Translations under genes and position numbers: made by a program
NCBI GenBank assembly: GCA_012295275.1
Contig: CM022675.1
Span: 14,012,001-14,076,000, forward strand
DNA: 64,000 bases
Reading direction: 5' to 3'
Source: Chrysomallon squamiferum
Lineage: Eukaryota > Animalia > Mollusca
Shown: piece by piece, positions 28,201 to 42,264 of the stretch
Position numbering within the stretch: position 1 is the first letter of the stretch
Layout: every line of letters starts with the position of its first letter
Notes under the pieces: model-generated
What the model was told of the DNA's origin: nothing
Databases searched by the model: none
What the model saw: the letters and a program-made list of their open reading frames with translations, nothing else

Positions 28201-31200
28201 CGAGCATATATATATGCACAGACACGGTCCATATAAACACACATACCTGTACCTGGACTTAGCACATACAGGGAACACATAGATACACACACATATACAT
28301 CGAGACGTGCTTTGCACAGTCAAACCCGAAATACATTCAGTGAGAGACACAGGTATGTATGTATGATCAACTGCATGTTGTCATATCTCTACATACAAAT
28401 TAAAGCAATTATTGCTACATGTTTAAGCCAATATATTGAACGTTTTTACGTATTGTGCATTGACGGTGTGAATTATAAAATAATTTACTCTGTTTCACAG
28501 CAGGAGCAAAGTCAGCAGACATATCTCATTCCGGATCTAAACAAAGAGGAGATAACGATGTATCCAGTAAGTTATAAACTTAAAGTTTTCTCTTCTGTAT
28601 ATGATTAACAGGTAACAGAATACACAGTAATCATTAGTATTTTTTTCTGTGACACACTGTCATCTCAGAAACGAAGAATCGTGCATAAAAATACTTAGGC
28701 ACCGTCCTTATAAACAGACATATCTGTACCTAGACTTAGCACATACACAGAACTCATAGATACACACTCATATACATGCAACGTGCATTGCAAAGTCATA
28801 CCCGAAATATATTCAGACAGAGAAAAAGGCAGGTAAGAACAACTGCATGCTCTCTTATTTCTACATACAAATTTGAAAAGGTGATCTCTCTTTGAACAAC
28901 TGCTACCACATTTAATAATTACTGCTACATGTTTACGCAAATATATCCAAAATATTTAGGAATTATGAATTGAATTGGTGAATTATAAAAAGTATTTACT
29001 CTGTTTCACAGCAGCGCCACAGTCAGCAAGAATATCTCATTCCGGATCTTCTCAAATAGGAGATAACTTTGTATCCAGTAAGTTGAAAACTGAAAGTTTT
29101 CTCTTCTGTACATGTTTAGCAGTTAACAGAATACACAGTAGTGATTATAATTTTTCTGTCACAAACTGTCACCTGAGCTATTGAACAATGTCCCTAGAAA
29201 TACATAGAAACGGTCGATAGAAACAGACATACCTGTACCTAGACTAAGCACATGCACAGAACATGTAGATGCACACACATATACATGCAGACATGCATTG
29301 CACAGTCATACCCGAAATATATTCAGACAGAGACACAGGTATGTATGTTAAACTGCTTGGTGTCCCGTCTCTACATACAGCTTAAAACAAAGTGTTTTGT
29401 TTTTGAACAACTACTACTGCATTTTATAATTATTGCTACAAGTTTACGCAAATATATCCAAGATTTTTAGGAATTATGCATTGAATTGGTGAATTATAAA
29501 AAGTATTTACTCTGTTTCACAGCAGCGCCACAGTCAGCAAGAATATCTCATTCCGGATCTTCTCAAATAGGAGATAACTTTGTATCCAGTAAGTTGAAAA
29601 CTGAAAGTTTTCTCTTCTGTACATGTTTAGCAGTTAACAGAATACACAGTAGTGATTAGAATTTTTCTTTTACACACTGTCACCTCAGCAATGTAGAAAC
29701 GTGCATACAAATGAATGGACACAGTCCATATAAACATATACATGTGTAACTAGACTCAGCACATGCACAGAACACTTACAAGCAGACATCCATTAGAGAG
29801 ACATACACGAGAACATATTCAGACAGAGACACGGAGTATGTATGTTAAACTTCATATTTCTACATATAGATTGAAATAGGTTTTGTGTTTGAAAAATTGC
29901 TACTACGTTTAATAATTATATCTAATTCCAAGAATTTTGGAGGTAAATATTTTTTTAGAAATTATTCATTGAAGTTGTAAATAATTAAAGAGTACTTACG
30001 CTCTTTCACAGCAGGAGAACAGGCAGCAAGTGTATCTCATTCCGGATCCAAACAAATAGGAGATAATTATGTATCCAGTAAGTTATAAACTGATAGTTTT
30101 CTCTTCCATACATGTCTTATAGGTAACATAATACACAGTGGTCATCTGTATTTTCATCTCTCAAAATGTGACCTGAGCAACGCAGAAACGTGCACGCAAA
30201 TACACAAACACGGTACACATAAACATGTAAACTTATACACATACGTAACACATACACAGAACACATAGAAGCACACGCCTATACATGCAGAGGTGCATTC
30301 CACAGTCATACCCGAAATATATTCAGACGGAGACACTGTATGTAAGTTAAACTGCATGTTGTCATGCCTCTACATAAGCAATAAAATGGTTTCTATATTT
30401 GAAAAACAGCTTATAGATTTAATAATTATTACGGAAATATGTCCAACATTTCTACGTATTATGCATTGAGGGTTCAAACTATACAATGTATTTAATCTGT
30501 TTCACAGCAGGATCAAAGTCAGCAATCATATCTCATTCCGGATCTACTCCAGCAGGAGATAACTCTGTATCCAGTAAGTTACAAACTTAAAGTGTTCTTT
30601 TCTGTACGTGTTTAACAGGTAACAGAGTACACAGTAGTGATTAGTATTCTCCATTCACACACTGTCACCTGAGAAACGTAGCAACGAGCATATATATATG
30701 CACAGACACGGTCCATATAAACACACATACCTGTACCTGGACTTAGCACATACAGGGAACACATAGATACACACACATATACATCGAGACGTGCTTTGCA
30801 CAGTCAAACCCGAAATACATTCAGTGAGAGACACAGGTATGTATGATCAACTGCATGTTGTCATATCTCTACATACAAATTAAAGCAATTATTGCTACAT
30901 GTTTAAGCCAATATATTGAACGTTTTTACGTATTGTGCATTGACGGTGTGAATTATAAAAATAATTTACTCTGTTTCACAGCAGGAGCAAAGTCAGCAGA
31001 CATATCTCATTCCGGATCTAAACAAAGAGGAGATAACGATGTATCCAGTAAGTTATAAACTTAAAGTTTTCTCTTCTGTATATGATTAACAGGTAACAGA
31101 ATACACAGTAATCATTAGTATTTTTCTGTGACACACTGTCATCTCAGAAACGAAGAATCGTGCATAAAAATACTTAGGCACCGTCCTTATAAACAGACAT

Positions 31201-34200
31201 ATCTGTACCTAGACTTAGCACATACACAGAACTCATAGATACACACTCATATACATGCAACGTGCATTGCAAAGTCATACCCGAAATATATTCAGACAGA
31301 GAAAAAGGCAGGTAAGAACAACTGCATGCTCTCTTATTTCTACATACAAATTTGAAAAGGTGATCTCTCTTTGAACAACTGCTACCACATTTAATAATTA
31401 CTGCTACATGTTTACGCAAATATATCCAAAATATTTAGGAATTATGAATTGAATTGGTGAATTATAAAAAGTATTTACTCTGTTTCACAGCAGCGCCACA
31501 GTCAGCAAGAATATCTCATTCCGGATCTTCTCAAATAGGAGATAACTTTGTATCCAGTAAGTTGAAAACTGAAAGTTTTCTCTTCTGTACATGTTTAGCA
31601 GTTAACAGAATACACAGTAGTGATTATAATTTTTCTGTCACAAACTGTCACCTGAGCTATTGAACAATGTCCCTAGAAATACATAGAAACGGTCGATAGA
31701 AACAGACATACCTGTACCTAGACTTAGCACATGCACAGAACATGTAGATGCACACACATATACATGCAGACATGCATTGCACAGTCATACCCGAAATATA
31801 TTCAGACAGAGACACAGGTATGTATGTTAAACTGCTTGGTGTCCCGTCTCTACATACAGCTTAAAACAAAGTGTTTTGTTTTTGAACAACTACTACTGCA
31901 TTTTATAATTATTGCTACAAGTTTACGCAAATATATCCAAGATTTTTAGGAATTATGCATTGAATTGGTGAATTATAAAAAGTATTTACTCTGTTTCACA
32001 GCAGCGCCACAGTCAGCAAGAATATCTCATTCCGGATCTTCTCAAATAGGAGATAACTTTGTATCCAGTAAGTTGAAAACTGAAAGTTTTCTCTTCTGTA
32101 CATGTTTAGCAGTTAACAGAATACACAGTAGTGATTAGAATTTTTCTTTTACACACTGTCACCTCAGCAATGTAGAAACGTGCATACAAATGAATGGACA
32201 CAGTCCATATAAACATATACATGTGTAACTAGACTCAGCACATGCACAGAACACTTACAAGCAGACATCCATTAAAGAGATATACGAAAAAAATATATTC
32301 AGACAGAGACACGGAGTATGTATTTAAACTGCATAATGTCATTTCTCTACATATAGATTGAAATAGGTTTTTTGTTTGAAAAATTGCAAACTACGTTTAA
32401 TAATTATATCTAATTCCAAGAATTTTTGGAGGAAAACATTTTTTTAGAAATTATTCATTGAAGTTGTAAATAATTAAAAGTATTTACGCTATTTCACAGC
32501 AGGAGAACAGGCAAAGATATCTCATTCCGGATCCAAACAAAAAGGAGATAATTATGTATCCAGTAAGTTATAAACTGATAGTTTTCTCTTCCATACATGT
32601 TTTATAGGTAACATAATACACAGTGGTCATCTGTTTTTTCATGTCTCAAAATGTGACCTGACCAACGCAGAAACGTGTGCAAATGAACAAATACACGGTA
32701 CACATAAACATACAAACCTATACACATACGTAACACATACACAGAACACGAACATACACACATATATATTCAAACAGAGGGCATTCACAGTCATGCCCGA
32801 AATATATTCAGACGTCATACTACATATAGATTTAAATGCATTTTCATGCCTTTTCAAAGCAATAAAATTCTGTTATTTGAAAAATAGCTAATTAGATTTA
32901 ATAATTATTAAGGTTAAAATGTTGAAAATTTTATGTATTTGAATTGAGGGTTCAAACTATAAAAATGTATTTAATCTGTTTAATAGAAGGGAAAAGTCAG
33001 CAATCATATCTGATTCCGGATCCACTCCAAATAGGACATAACTATGTATCCAGTAAGTTAACAAACTGAACGTTTTTTTTCTGTACGTGTTTAGATAACA
33101 GGATACACAGTAGTGATTAGTAGTTCCATATAAATGTCACATAGACACGGTCATATATATATAAACAGACACGGTCCATATAAACACACATACCTGTACG
33201 TATAGTTGGTAATACACAGAACACATAGATGCACACACTTAGACATGCAGACGAGCATTTCACAGTCACACACGAAATATATTCAAACAGAGATAAGGTA
33301 TGTATGTTACACTGCATGTTGTCATACCTCTACATATAGATTCATAAGACGTTCTTCATGTTTGAAAACGTCCTACTACAAATTAAAGCAATTATTACGC
33401 AAATATATCCAACATTTTTACGCAAATATATCCAACATTTTTACGAATTATGCATTTAGGCTGTGAATTATAAAAAGTATTTACTCTGTTTCACAGAAGG
33501 ACCAAATTCAGCAAGCATATCTCATTCCGGATCTACTCAAACAGGAGATAACTATGTATCCAGTAAGTTAGAAACTTAAAGTTTTCTCTTCTGTACATGT
33601 TTAACAGGTAACATAGTACACAGTAGTGTTTAATATTTGTGTGAAACACACACTGTCACCTGAGCTATTGAACAATGTCCCTACAAATACATAGAAACGG
33701 TCGATAGAAACAGACATACCTGTACCTAGACTTAGCACATGCACAGAACATGTAGATGCACACACATATACATGCAGACATGCATTGCACAGTCATACCC
33801 GAAATATATTCAGACAGAGACACAGGTATGTATGTTAAACTGCTTGGTGTCCCGTCTCTACATACAGCTTAAAACAAAGTGTTTTGTTTTTGAACAACTA
33901 CTACTGCATTTTATAATTATTGCTACAAGTTTACGCAAATATATCCAAGATTTTTAGGAATTATGCATTGAATTTGTGAATTATAAAAAGTATTTACTCT
34001 GTTTCACAGCAGGATCAAAGTCAGTAAACATATCTAATTCCGGATCTACTCAAATAGGAGATAACCGTGTTACCAGTAAGTTAAAAACTGAAAGTTTTTT
34101 CTTGTCTACATGTTTAACAGGCAACAGAATACACAGTAGTGGTTAGTATTTTTCTGTCACACACTGTCACCTGAGCAATGTAGAAACCTGCATATAAATA

Positions 34201-37200
34201 CACAGACACGGTCCATATAAACCTACACATCTATAACTAGACTTAGTACATGCACAGAACACATACACGCAGACACGCATTAAACAGATATACACGAAAA
34301 CATATAATGACAGAGACACTGAATATGTATTTAAACTGCATAATGTCATATCTCTACATACAGATTGAAATATTTTTCTTGTATTTGAAAAATTCCAAAC
34401 CACGCTGAATAATTATAACTAATTCCCAGAATTTTACAGGTGAAAACATTTTTAGAAATTATGCATTGAAGTTGTAAATAATAAAAAGTATTTACTCTAT
34501 TTCACAGCAGGAGAAGAGGCAGCAAAGATATCTCATTCCCGATCCACTCAAAAAGGAGATAACTATGTATTCAGTAAGTTTTCTCTTCTGTACAGGTTTA
34601 ATAGGTTGCAGAATACACAGTGGTCGTCAGTTTTTTTCTGTCACAAACAGTGACCTGACCAACGCAGAAATGTGCACATGAACACATACACACTTACGTG
34701 TAAACATACATACCTGCATACACATGCACACATGCACTACACCAGGGGTGGCCAAACTTTTTTACCAGAGGGCCAAATTTGCAACTTTCTTGCCACTGGA
34801 GGGCCGGATTAAATGAAATTTACGTAAAATTTGTCGTAACTGGTTGCCGTCTTTATTAAAATATATATTATTGTAGTAGAATAACAATAAATAACACCAT
34901 CTTGTTTACACTTGTATTTAATAAAAGGTTTATATATCAATGAGATAAATGCAACTGTCCACAATTTTGAACAAGCTTTTTAAAGTCTGGAGTAAAACTA
35001 GTTGTCGAAACTTTCATAATTGCTTGTAAATTTGCATCTGACAATACTGATCTGTTTTTGACTTTGTTTGATTTAAGCATGAAAAAGTCTGTTCACAAAT
35101 ATAAGTTGATCCAAATATACACAGCATCCTAGCAGCAAAACCTCGTAGATTGATAAACTTTTCAGCAGGCAAATATTTGAAAAATTCTACCAAAGGCATA
35201 TTCCTAAACTTCATTTTCAGCTCATTATTAGCTTGTAGATCTATTAGTTCCAGCTGAAGAACATCAGGGGCTGTCTCAATTTCTGTACTGAAGGGTGAAA
35301 CAAGTATATTAAATGATGAATCCATTACTCTGAAGTCTGAAAATCTTCTTTGGAATTCTTGTTTCAAGATGCAGAGTTGATTGCTGTATTTTTCAGCAAG
35401 TTTACTATCTACTGTTGCCTTCCTTAGCAAAGAAAAATGAATAAAATTACATTCTGATATCTGTTTGGCAAAAAAGTGAGAGCTTTGCCTCAAAAGCTTT
35501 TCACTTTGGTGTACATATCATGCACAAATAATCCTTTTCCTTGCAATTCCAAATTTAGAGAATTGAGCTTTTCAAACATTTCAGTGGCAAACACAAAATC
35601 ACAAAGCCAGTAATCATTTTTCATCTTCTCTATAAAATCACATTTCATTTGTTTGATATCAAGGAAAAGGAGAATTTCGTCTCTTAGTTCAAAGACTCTT
35701 CTTAGAACTTTCCCATGACTAAGCCACCGAACACTATTGTGATATAGCACATCTTTATATTCAGTCTCAATATCATCCAGTAATGTCTTGAATTGTCTGT
35801 GTGATAATGGTCTGGATCTGAGTAGATTAACTACTTCAACTACAGGACGTATCACATGATTAAAATCCAGAGCTGACTTGCATAAACTTTCTTGATGAAT
35901 GATACAATGAAATTTCCATATTTCATGCTGAGGACAGTTTTCTTTAATCTTCTTTTGTAGGAGGCTAATCATGCCTTTGTTTTTTCCAGTTAGAGCAGGT
36001 GCACCGTCAGTAGTGATACTCACCAATTTATTCCACGGCAGGCCAGCCTCCTCCACACACTTTATTACACATTTACACAGGTCTTCCCCCGTAGTTGTGC
36101 CTTTTAAAGGTTCAACTGATAACAACTCCTCTGAAATTGTAAAATCTGACTTGATACCACGTATAAATATCATGAGTTGTGCAATGTCCTGAACATCATT
36201 GCTTTCATCCAGAGCTAATGAAAACCACATGAAATCAGTGCAAGCAGTGTGAAGCTGTTGGGACAAATCTTTGCTGATATCTTGTACCTTCTCATAACTG
36301 TATTCCTTGATAGTGCAATATTCTCAAATGTATTCTGTGCTTCTGGACAAAGTATGCGTGCCGCATCCACAATGCAGTCTTTTACAAATTCTCCATCAGA
36401 AAAAGGTTTTTGCATTGTGCAATTTTGTAACTAATATAAAAACTAGCTTCTGTTGCTGAAATGTGAATGGATTGTGTCTTTGAAAAAAGCGACTGTTGCT
36501 TTATTAGATTTTTCACCATATCAGCAGCTTTATTAACCTTTTGCTCTGTTGATAGTCCTTCACTGTATCCAGCGTGTTTTGTATTATAGTGTCTTTTCAA
36601 ATTATATTCTTTAAAAACTGATATTCCCTCATTACAAATTAAACACTGCTTTCCCATTTACCGCAGTGAAAAAATATTGGTATGTCCATTCCTCCTTAAA
36701 AACTCGGCATTCATCATCTACTTTTCTCTTTTTCGTTGGAGACATTTTAACTGATAAGGTAGAGAAAAAAATAAAATTATTGCTGCTTCTGAGAAGAAAA
36801 TCCAATGTGCGTATTGTCTCTTACATGCTCAGTAAAATACTGAAAGTCAAAGCTGGAACAATTAACTTCCTGATTTCTTACAAAGTAGGCTAGTAGGCCA
36901 AAGGGATGTGAAAAAGAGCACATACAGGCTATGTTAGCTACTTACGTCATGGTTGGCAGACTGTTCTAAAAATAACGCTGCAAGGGCATTTATTCTAAAA
37001 ATAACAACGCTTGCCACAAGATACTGCTAGTAGCAGCCAGCGCTGTTGCACTGCTTGTTCACAGTGGTAAATATGGTGCTTGGAAAAAAACAAGGCAAGG
37101 TGTTTGGCGGGCCGGATGAAACAGGACTGGGGGCCGGATGCGGCCCGCGGGCCGTAGTTTGGCCACCACTGCACTACACGAACATACACAAATATATATT

Positions 37201-40200
37201 CAAATAGAGGCTCACAGTATGTATGCTAATCTGCATACTGTCATATGCTACATATAGATTGAAATATTTTTCGTTTTTCAAAAATTACTATTCTGTTTAA
37301 TAAAAATAGCTAATTCTCAGAATTCTGAAGGTTAAAACATTGAAAACATTATGTATTGAATTACTCATTAATAAAAAATGTGTTTAATCTGTTTAATAGA
37401 AGGAGAAGAGTCAGTCAAGATATCTGATTCCGGATCCACTCAAATAGGAGATAACTATGTATCCAGTAAGTTAAGAACTGAACGTTTTTTCTTCTGTACA
37501 TAGATAGCAGGATACACGGTAGTGATTAGTAGTTGCATATAAATACATAGACACGGTCTATATAAACAGACATACTTGTACGTATAGTTGGTAATACACA
37601 GAACACACAGATGCACACACTTAGACATGCAGACGAGCATTTCACAGTCACACACGAAATATATTCAAACAGAGATAAGGTATGTATGTTACACTGCATG
37701 TTGTCATACCTCTACATATAGATTCATAAGACGTTCTTCATGTTTGAAAACGTCCTACTACATTTAGCAATTATTACGCAAATATATCCAACATTTTTAC
37801 GCAAATATATCCAACATTTTTACGAATTATGCATTTAGGCTGTGAATTATAAAAAGTATTTACTCTGTTTCACAGAAGGACCAAATTCAGCAAGCATATC
37901 TCATTCCGGATCTACTCAAACAGGAGATAACTATGTATCCAGTAAGTTAGAAACTTAAAGTTTTCTCTTCTGTACATGTTTAACAGGTAACATAGTACAC
38001 AGTAGTGTTTAGTATTTGTCTGAAACACACACTGTCACCTGAGCTATTGAACAATGTCCCTACAAATACATAGAAACGGTCGATAGAAACAGACATACCT
38101 GTACCTAGACTTAGCACATGCACAGAACATGTAGATGCACACACATATACATGCAGACATGCATTGCACAGTCATACCCGAAATATATTCAGACAGAGAC
38201 ACAGGTATGTATGTTAAACAGCTTCGTGTCCTGTCTCTACATACAGATTAAAACAAAGTGTTTTGTTTTTGAACAACTACTACTGCATTTTATAATTATT
38301 GCTACAAGTTTACGCAAATATATCCAAGATTTTTAGGAATTATGCATTGAATTTGTGAATTATAAAAAGTATTTACTCTGTTTCACAGCAGGATCAAAGT
38401 CAGTAAACATATCTAATTCCGGATCTACTCAAATAGGAGATAACCGTGTTAGCAGTAAGTTAAAAACTGAAAGTTTTTTCTTGTCTACATGTTTAACAGG
38501 CAACAGAATACACAGTAGTGGTTAGTATTTTTCTGTCACACACTGTCCCCTGAGCAATGTAGAAACCTGCATATAAATACACAGACACGGTCCATATAAA
38601 CATACACATCTATAACTAGACTTAGTACATGCACAGAACACATACACGCAGACAAGCATTAAACAGATATACACGAAAACATATAATGACAGAGACACTG
38701 AATATGTATGTTAAACTGCATAATGTCATATCTCTACATATAGATTGAAATATTTTTCTTGGATTTGAAAAATTCCAAACCACGCTGAATAATTATAACT
38801 AATTCCCAGAATTTGACAGGTGAAAAGATTTTTAGAAATTATGCATTGAACTTGTAAATAATAAAAAGTATTTACTCTATTTCACAGAAGGAGAAGAGCC
38901 AGCAAAGATATCTCATTCCGGATCCACTCAAAAAGGAGATAACTATGTATCCAGTAAGTTTTCTCTTCTGTACATGTTTAATAGGTTGCAGAATACACAG
39001 TGGTCGTCAGTTTTTTTCTGTCACAAACAGTGACCTGACCAACGCAGAAATGTGCACACGAATACATACACACTTACATATAAACATACAAACCTGTACC
39101 TCCACATAGCACATACACACGCATACCCATGCACACATGCACTACAAGAACACACACAAATATATATTCAAACAGAGGATCACAGTATGTATCCTAAACT
39201 GGATACTGTCATATGCTACATATAGATTGAAATATTTTTCGTTTTTCAAAAATGACTACTCTGTTCAATAATTATAGCTAATTCTCAGAATTCTGAAGGT
39301 TAAAACATTGAAAACATTGAAGTACTCATTAATGAAAAAGTATTTAATCTGTTTAACAGAAGGAGAAGAGTCAGTCAACATATCTGATTCCGGATCCACT
39401 CAAATAGGAGATAACTATGTATCCAGTAAGTTAAGAACTGAACGTTTTTTCTTCTGTACATAGATAGCAGGATACACAGTAGTGATTAGTTTGCATATAA
39501 ATACATAGACACGGTCCATATAAACAGACATACTTGTACGTATAGTTGGTACATACACAGAACACATAGATGCACACACTTAGACATGCAGACGAGCATT
39601 TCACAGTCACACACGAAATATATTCAAACAGAGATAAGGTATGTATGTTAAACTGCATGTTGTCATACCTCTACATACAGATTCATAAGACGTTGTTCAT
39701 GTTTGAAAACGTCCTACTACATTTAGCAATTATTGCTACATTTTTACGCAAATATATCCAACATGTTTACGAATTATGCATTTAGGCTGTGAATTATAAA
39801 AAGTATTTACTCTGTTTCACAGAAGGACCAAATTCAGCAAGCATATCTCATTCCGGATCTACTCAAACAGGAGATAACTATGTATCCAGTAAGTTAGAAA
39901 CTTAAAGTTTTCTCTTCTGTACATGTTTAACAGGTAACATAATACACAGCAGTGTTTAGTATTTGTCTGAAACACACTCTGTCACCTGAGCTATTGAACA
40001 ATGTCCCTACAAATACATAGAAACGGTCGATAGAAACAGACATACCTGTACCTAGACTTAGCATATGCACAGAAGACGTAGATGCACACACATATACATG
40101 CAAACGTGCATTGCACAGTCATACCCGAAATATATTCAGACAGAGACACAGGTATGTATGTTAAACTGCTTCGTGTGCTGTCTCTACATACAGATTAAAA

Positions 40201-42264
40201 CAAAGTGTTTTGTTTTTGAACAACTACTACTGCATTTTATAATTATTGCTACAAGTTTACGTAAATACATCCAAGATTTTTAGGAATTATGCATTGAATT
40301 TGTGAATTATAAAAAGTATTTACTCTGTTTCACAGCCGGACCAAAGTCAGTAAACATATCTAATTCTGGATCTACTCTAGTAGGAGATAACCATGTTACC
40401 AGTAAGTTAAAAACTGAAAGTTTTTTCTTGTCTACATGTTTAACAGGCAACAGTTTCACACACTTTCCCCTGAAAAATGTAGATAGGTGTAAAAAATACA
40501 CAGACTTGGTCCATATAAACATACACATCTATATCTAGACTTAGCACATACACAGAACACATACATGTAGACAGGGATTACACAGATTTACACGAAAACA
40601 TATTCAGACATAGATATAGAGTATATATGTTAAACTGCATACTGTCATATCAATACATATATATTGAAATATTTTTTTATTTTTTAAATATTCCTAGTAC
40701 ATTTAATTAATCTAATTCCGAGAAGTTTCCAGGTATAATGATTTTTAGAAATTATGCTTTGAAGTTGTAAATAATAAAAAGTATGTACTCTGTTTCATAG
40801 TAGTAGAACAGGCAGCAAAGATATCTCATTCCGGATCCACTCAAAAAGGAGATAACTATGTATCCAGTAAGTTTTGTTTTCTGTGCACTTTTAGTATGTA
40901 ACAGAATAAAATGTGGTCACCATTATTTTTTGTCACAAACTGTGACCTGAAGAACGCAGAAACATGGACATATATATACATAGGCACGGTTTATCTAAAA
41001 GACGTAGCACATATACATGCATGCACATGCAGACATGCTTTACACGAACATGCAAGCAGATATATTCACACGGAGGCTCATAGTATGTATACTAAACTGT
41101 CATATGCTACATATAGATTGAAATATGTTTTGTGTTTGAAAAATACTACTGTTTCATAATTATAGCTAAATCTCAGAATTCTGAGGTTAAACTTTTTAAA
41201 AGTCGTGCATTGACGTTCTCATGTATAAAAAGTATTTTCTCTGTTTCACAGAAGGAAAAGAGTCAGTAAACGTATGTGATTCCGGATCCACTCAAGTAGG
41301 AGATAACTATATAACCAGTAAGTTAAAAAGTGAACGTTTTTTCTTCTGTGCATGTTTAATAGATAGCAGAATACACAGTAGTGATTAGTAGTTTTCTGCC
41401 ACACACTGTCACCTGAGGAATGTAGACACGGTTCATATATAGATATACATGTTTAACTAGACTTAGCACAGACCACATAGATGCAGACACGCATTACACA
41501 GACATACACGAAAACATATTCAGACAGAGACACAGGGTATATATGTTAAAGTGTTTACTGTCATATCAATACTTATAGATTGAAATATGTGTTTGTGTTT
41601 GAACCATTCCTACTATGTTTAATTATTACGTCTAATTCCGAGAATTTCCAGGTAAACACATTTTCAGAAATTATGCATTGAATTTGTAAATATTATAAAG
41701 TATTTACTCTGTTTCACAGTAGTAAAACAGACATCAGACGTATCTCATTCCGGATCCACTCAAATAGGAGATAACTATGTAACCAGTAAGTTTTCTCTGA
41801 TGTACATTTTTAATAGTAACAGAGTACACAGTGGTTATTAATATTTTTTTTCACAAACTGTGACCTGAGCAACGCGGAAAAGTACACATAAATTCATACG
41901 AACGGTACATCTAAAAATGCAAACCTGTACCTACACGTAGCACATACACGGGTACATACATGCAGACATGCATTACACGAACATACACACAGATATATTC
42001 AAACACGGACTCACAGTATGTATTCTAAACTGCATACTGTCGTATGCTACATATAGACTGAAATATTTTTTTTGTGTTTCAAAAAATACTACTCTGTTTA
42101 ATAATTATAGCTAATTCTCAGAATTCTGCAAGTTATTCCATTTTAAAAATTATGTATTGAAGTTCTCATTTATAAAGAATATTTTCTCTGTTTCACAGCA
42201 GGAGAAGAGTCAGTAAACGTATCTCATTCCGGATCCACTCAAATAGGTCATAACTATGTAACCA
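16427..42264 (+). CDS. 48 tandem 63/66-nt symmetric phase-1 exons encoding a 21-22-aa S/T/Q/D/G-rich repeat (consensus ~ TGxQSAxISHSGSTQIGDNYVS); putative N-terminal region of the Deltex-like protein
   Basis: Exons read by eye: 16427-16492, 16949-17011, 17464-17526, 17939-18001, 18495-18560, 19000-19065, 19519-19581, 20030-20092, 20515-20580, 21034-21096, 21551-21613, 22024-22086, 22592-22657, 23074-23136, 23587-23649, 24088-24153, 24562-24627, 25071-25136, 25560-25625, 26056-26121, 26530-26595, 27039-27104, 27528-27593, 28024-28089, 28501-28566, 29012-29077, 29523-29588, 30012-30077, 30508-30573, 30982-31047, 31491-31556, 32002-32067, 32500-32562, 32987-33052, 33497-33562, 34010-34075, 34508-34573, 37400-37465, 37876-37941, 38389-38454, 38888-38953, 39360-39425, 39823-39888, 40336-40401, 40801-40866, 41252-41317, 41720-41785, 42199-42264. 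All are bounded by AG and GTAA and are multiples of 3; I found no stop in the phase-1 frame. Confidence 0.8.
34743..37171 (-). mobile_element. Full-length hAT-superfamily DNA transposon (Buster/SPIN/GTF2IRD2-like), 2429 bp
   Basis: 16-bp TIRs CAGGGGTGGCCAAACT / CAGTGGTGGCCAAACT (1 mismatch). 8-bp TSD CACTACAC at 34735-34742 and 37172-37179. GGGCC-rich subterminal repeats. Confidence 0.96.
34937..36745 (-). pseudogene. hAT transposase, frameshifted into several pieces
   Basis: MSPTKKRKVDDECRVF; BED-like CLIC...NLKRHYNTKH; KPFSDGEFVK; SLALDESND; SITTDGAPAL; HCIIHQESLC; VRWLS; FGSTYICEQTFS. The reading frame changes several times. Confidence 0.92.

Noticed and set aside
35971-37189. Short ORFs at 35971, 36249, 36666 and 36995
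   Set aside because: Antisense or shadow frames of the transposase and transposon ends.
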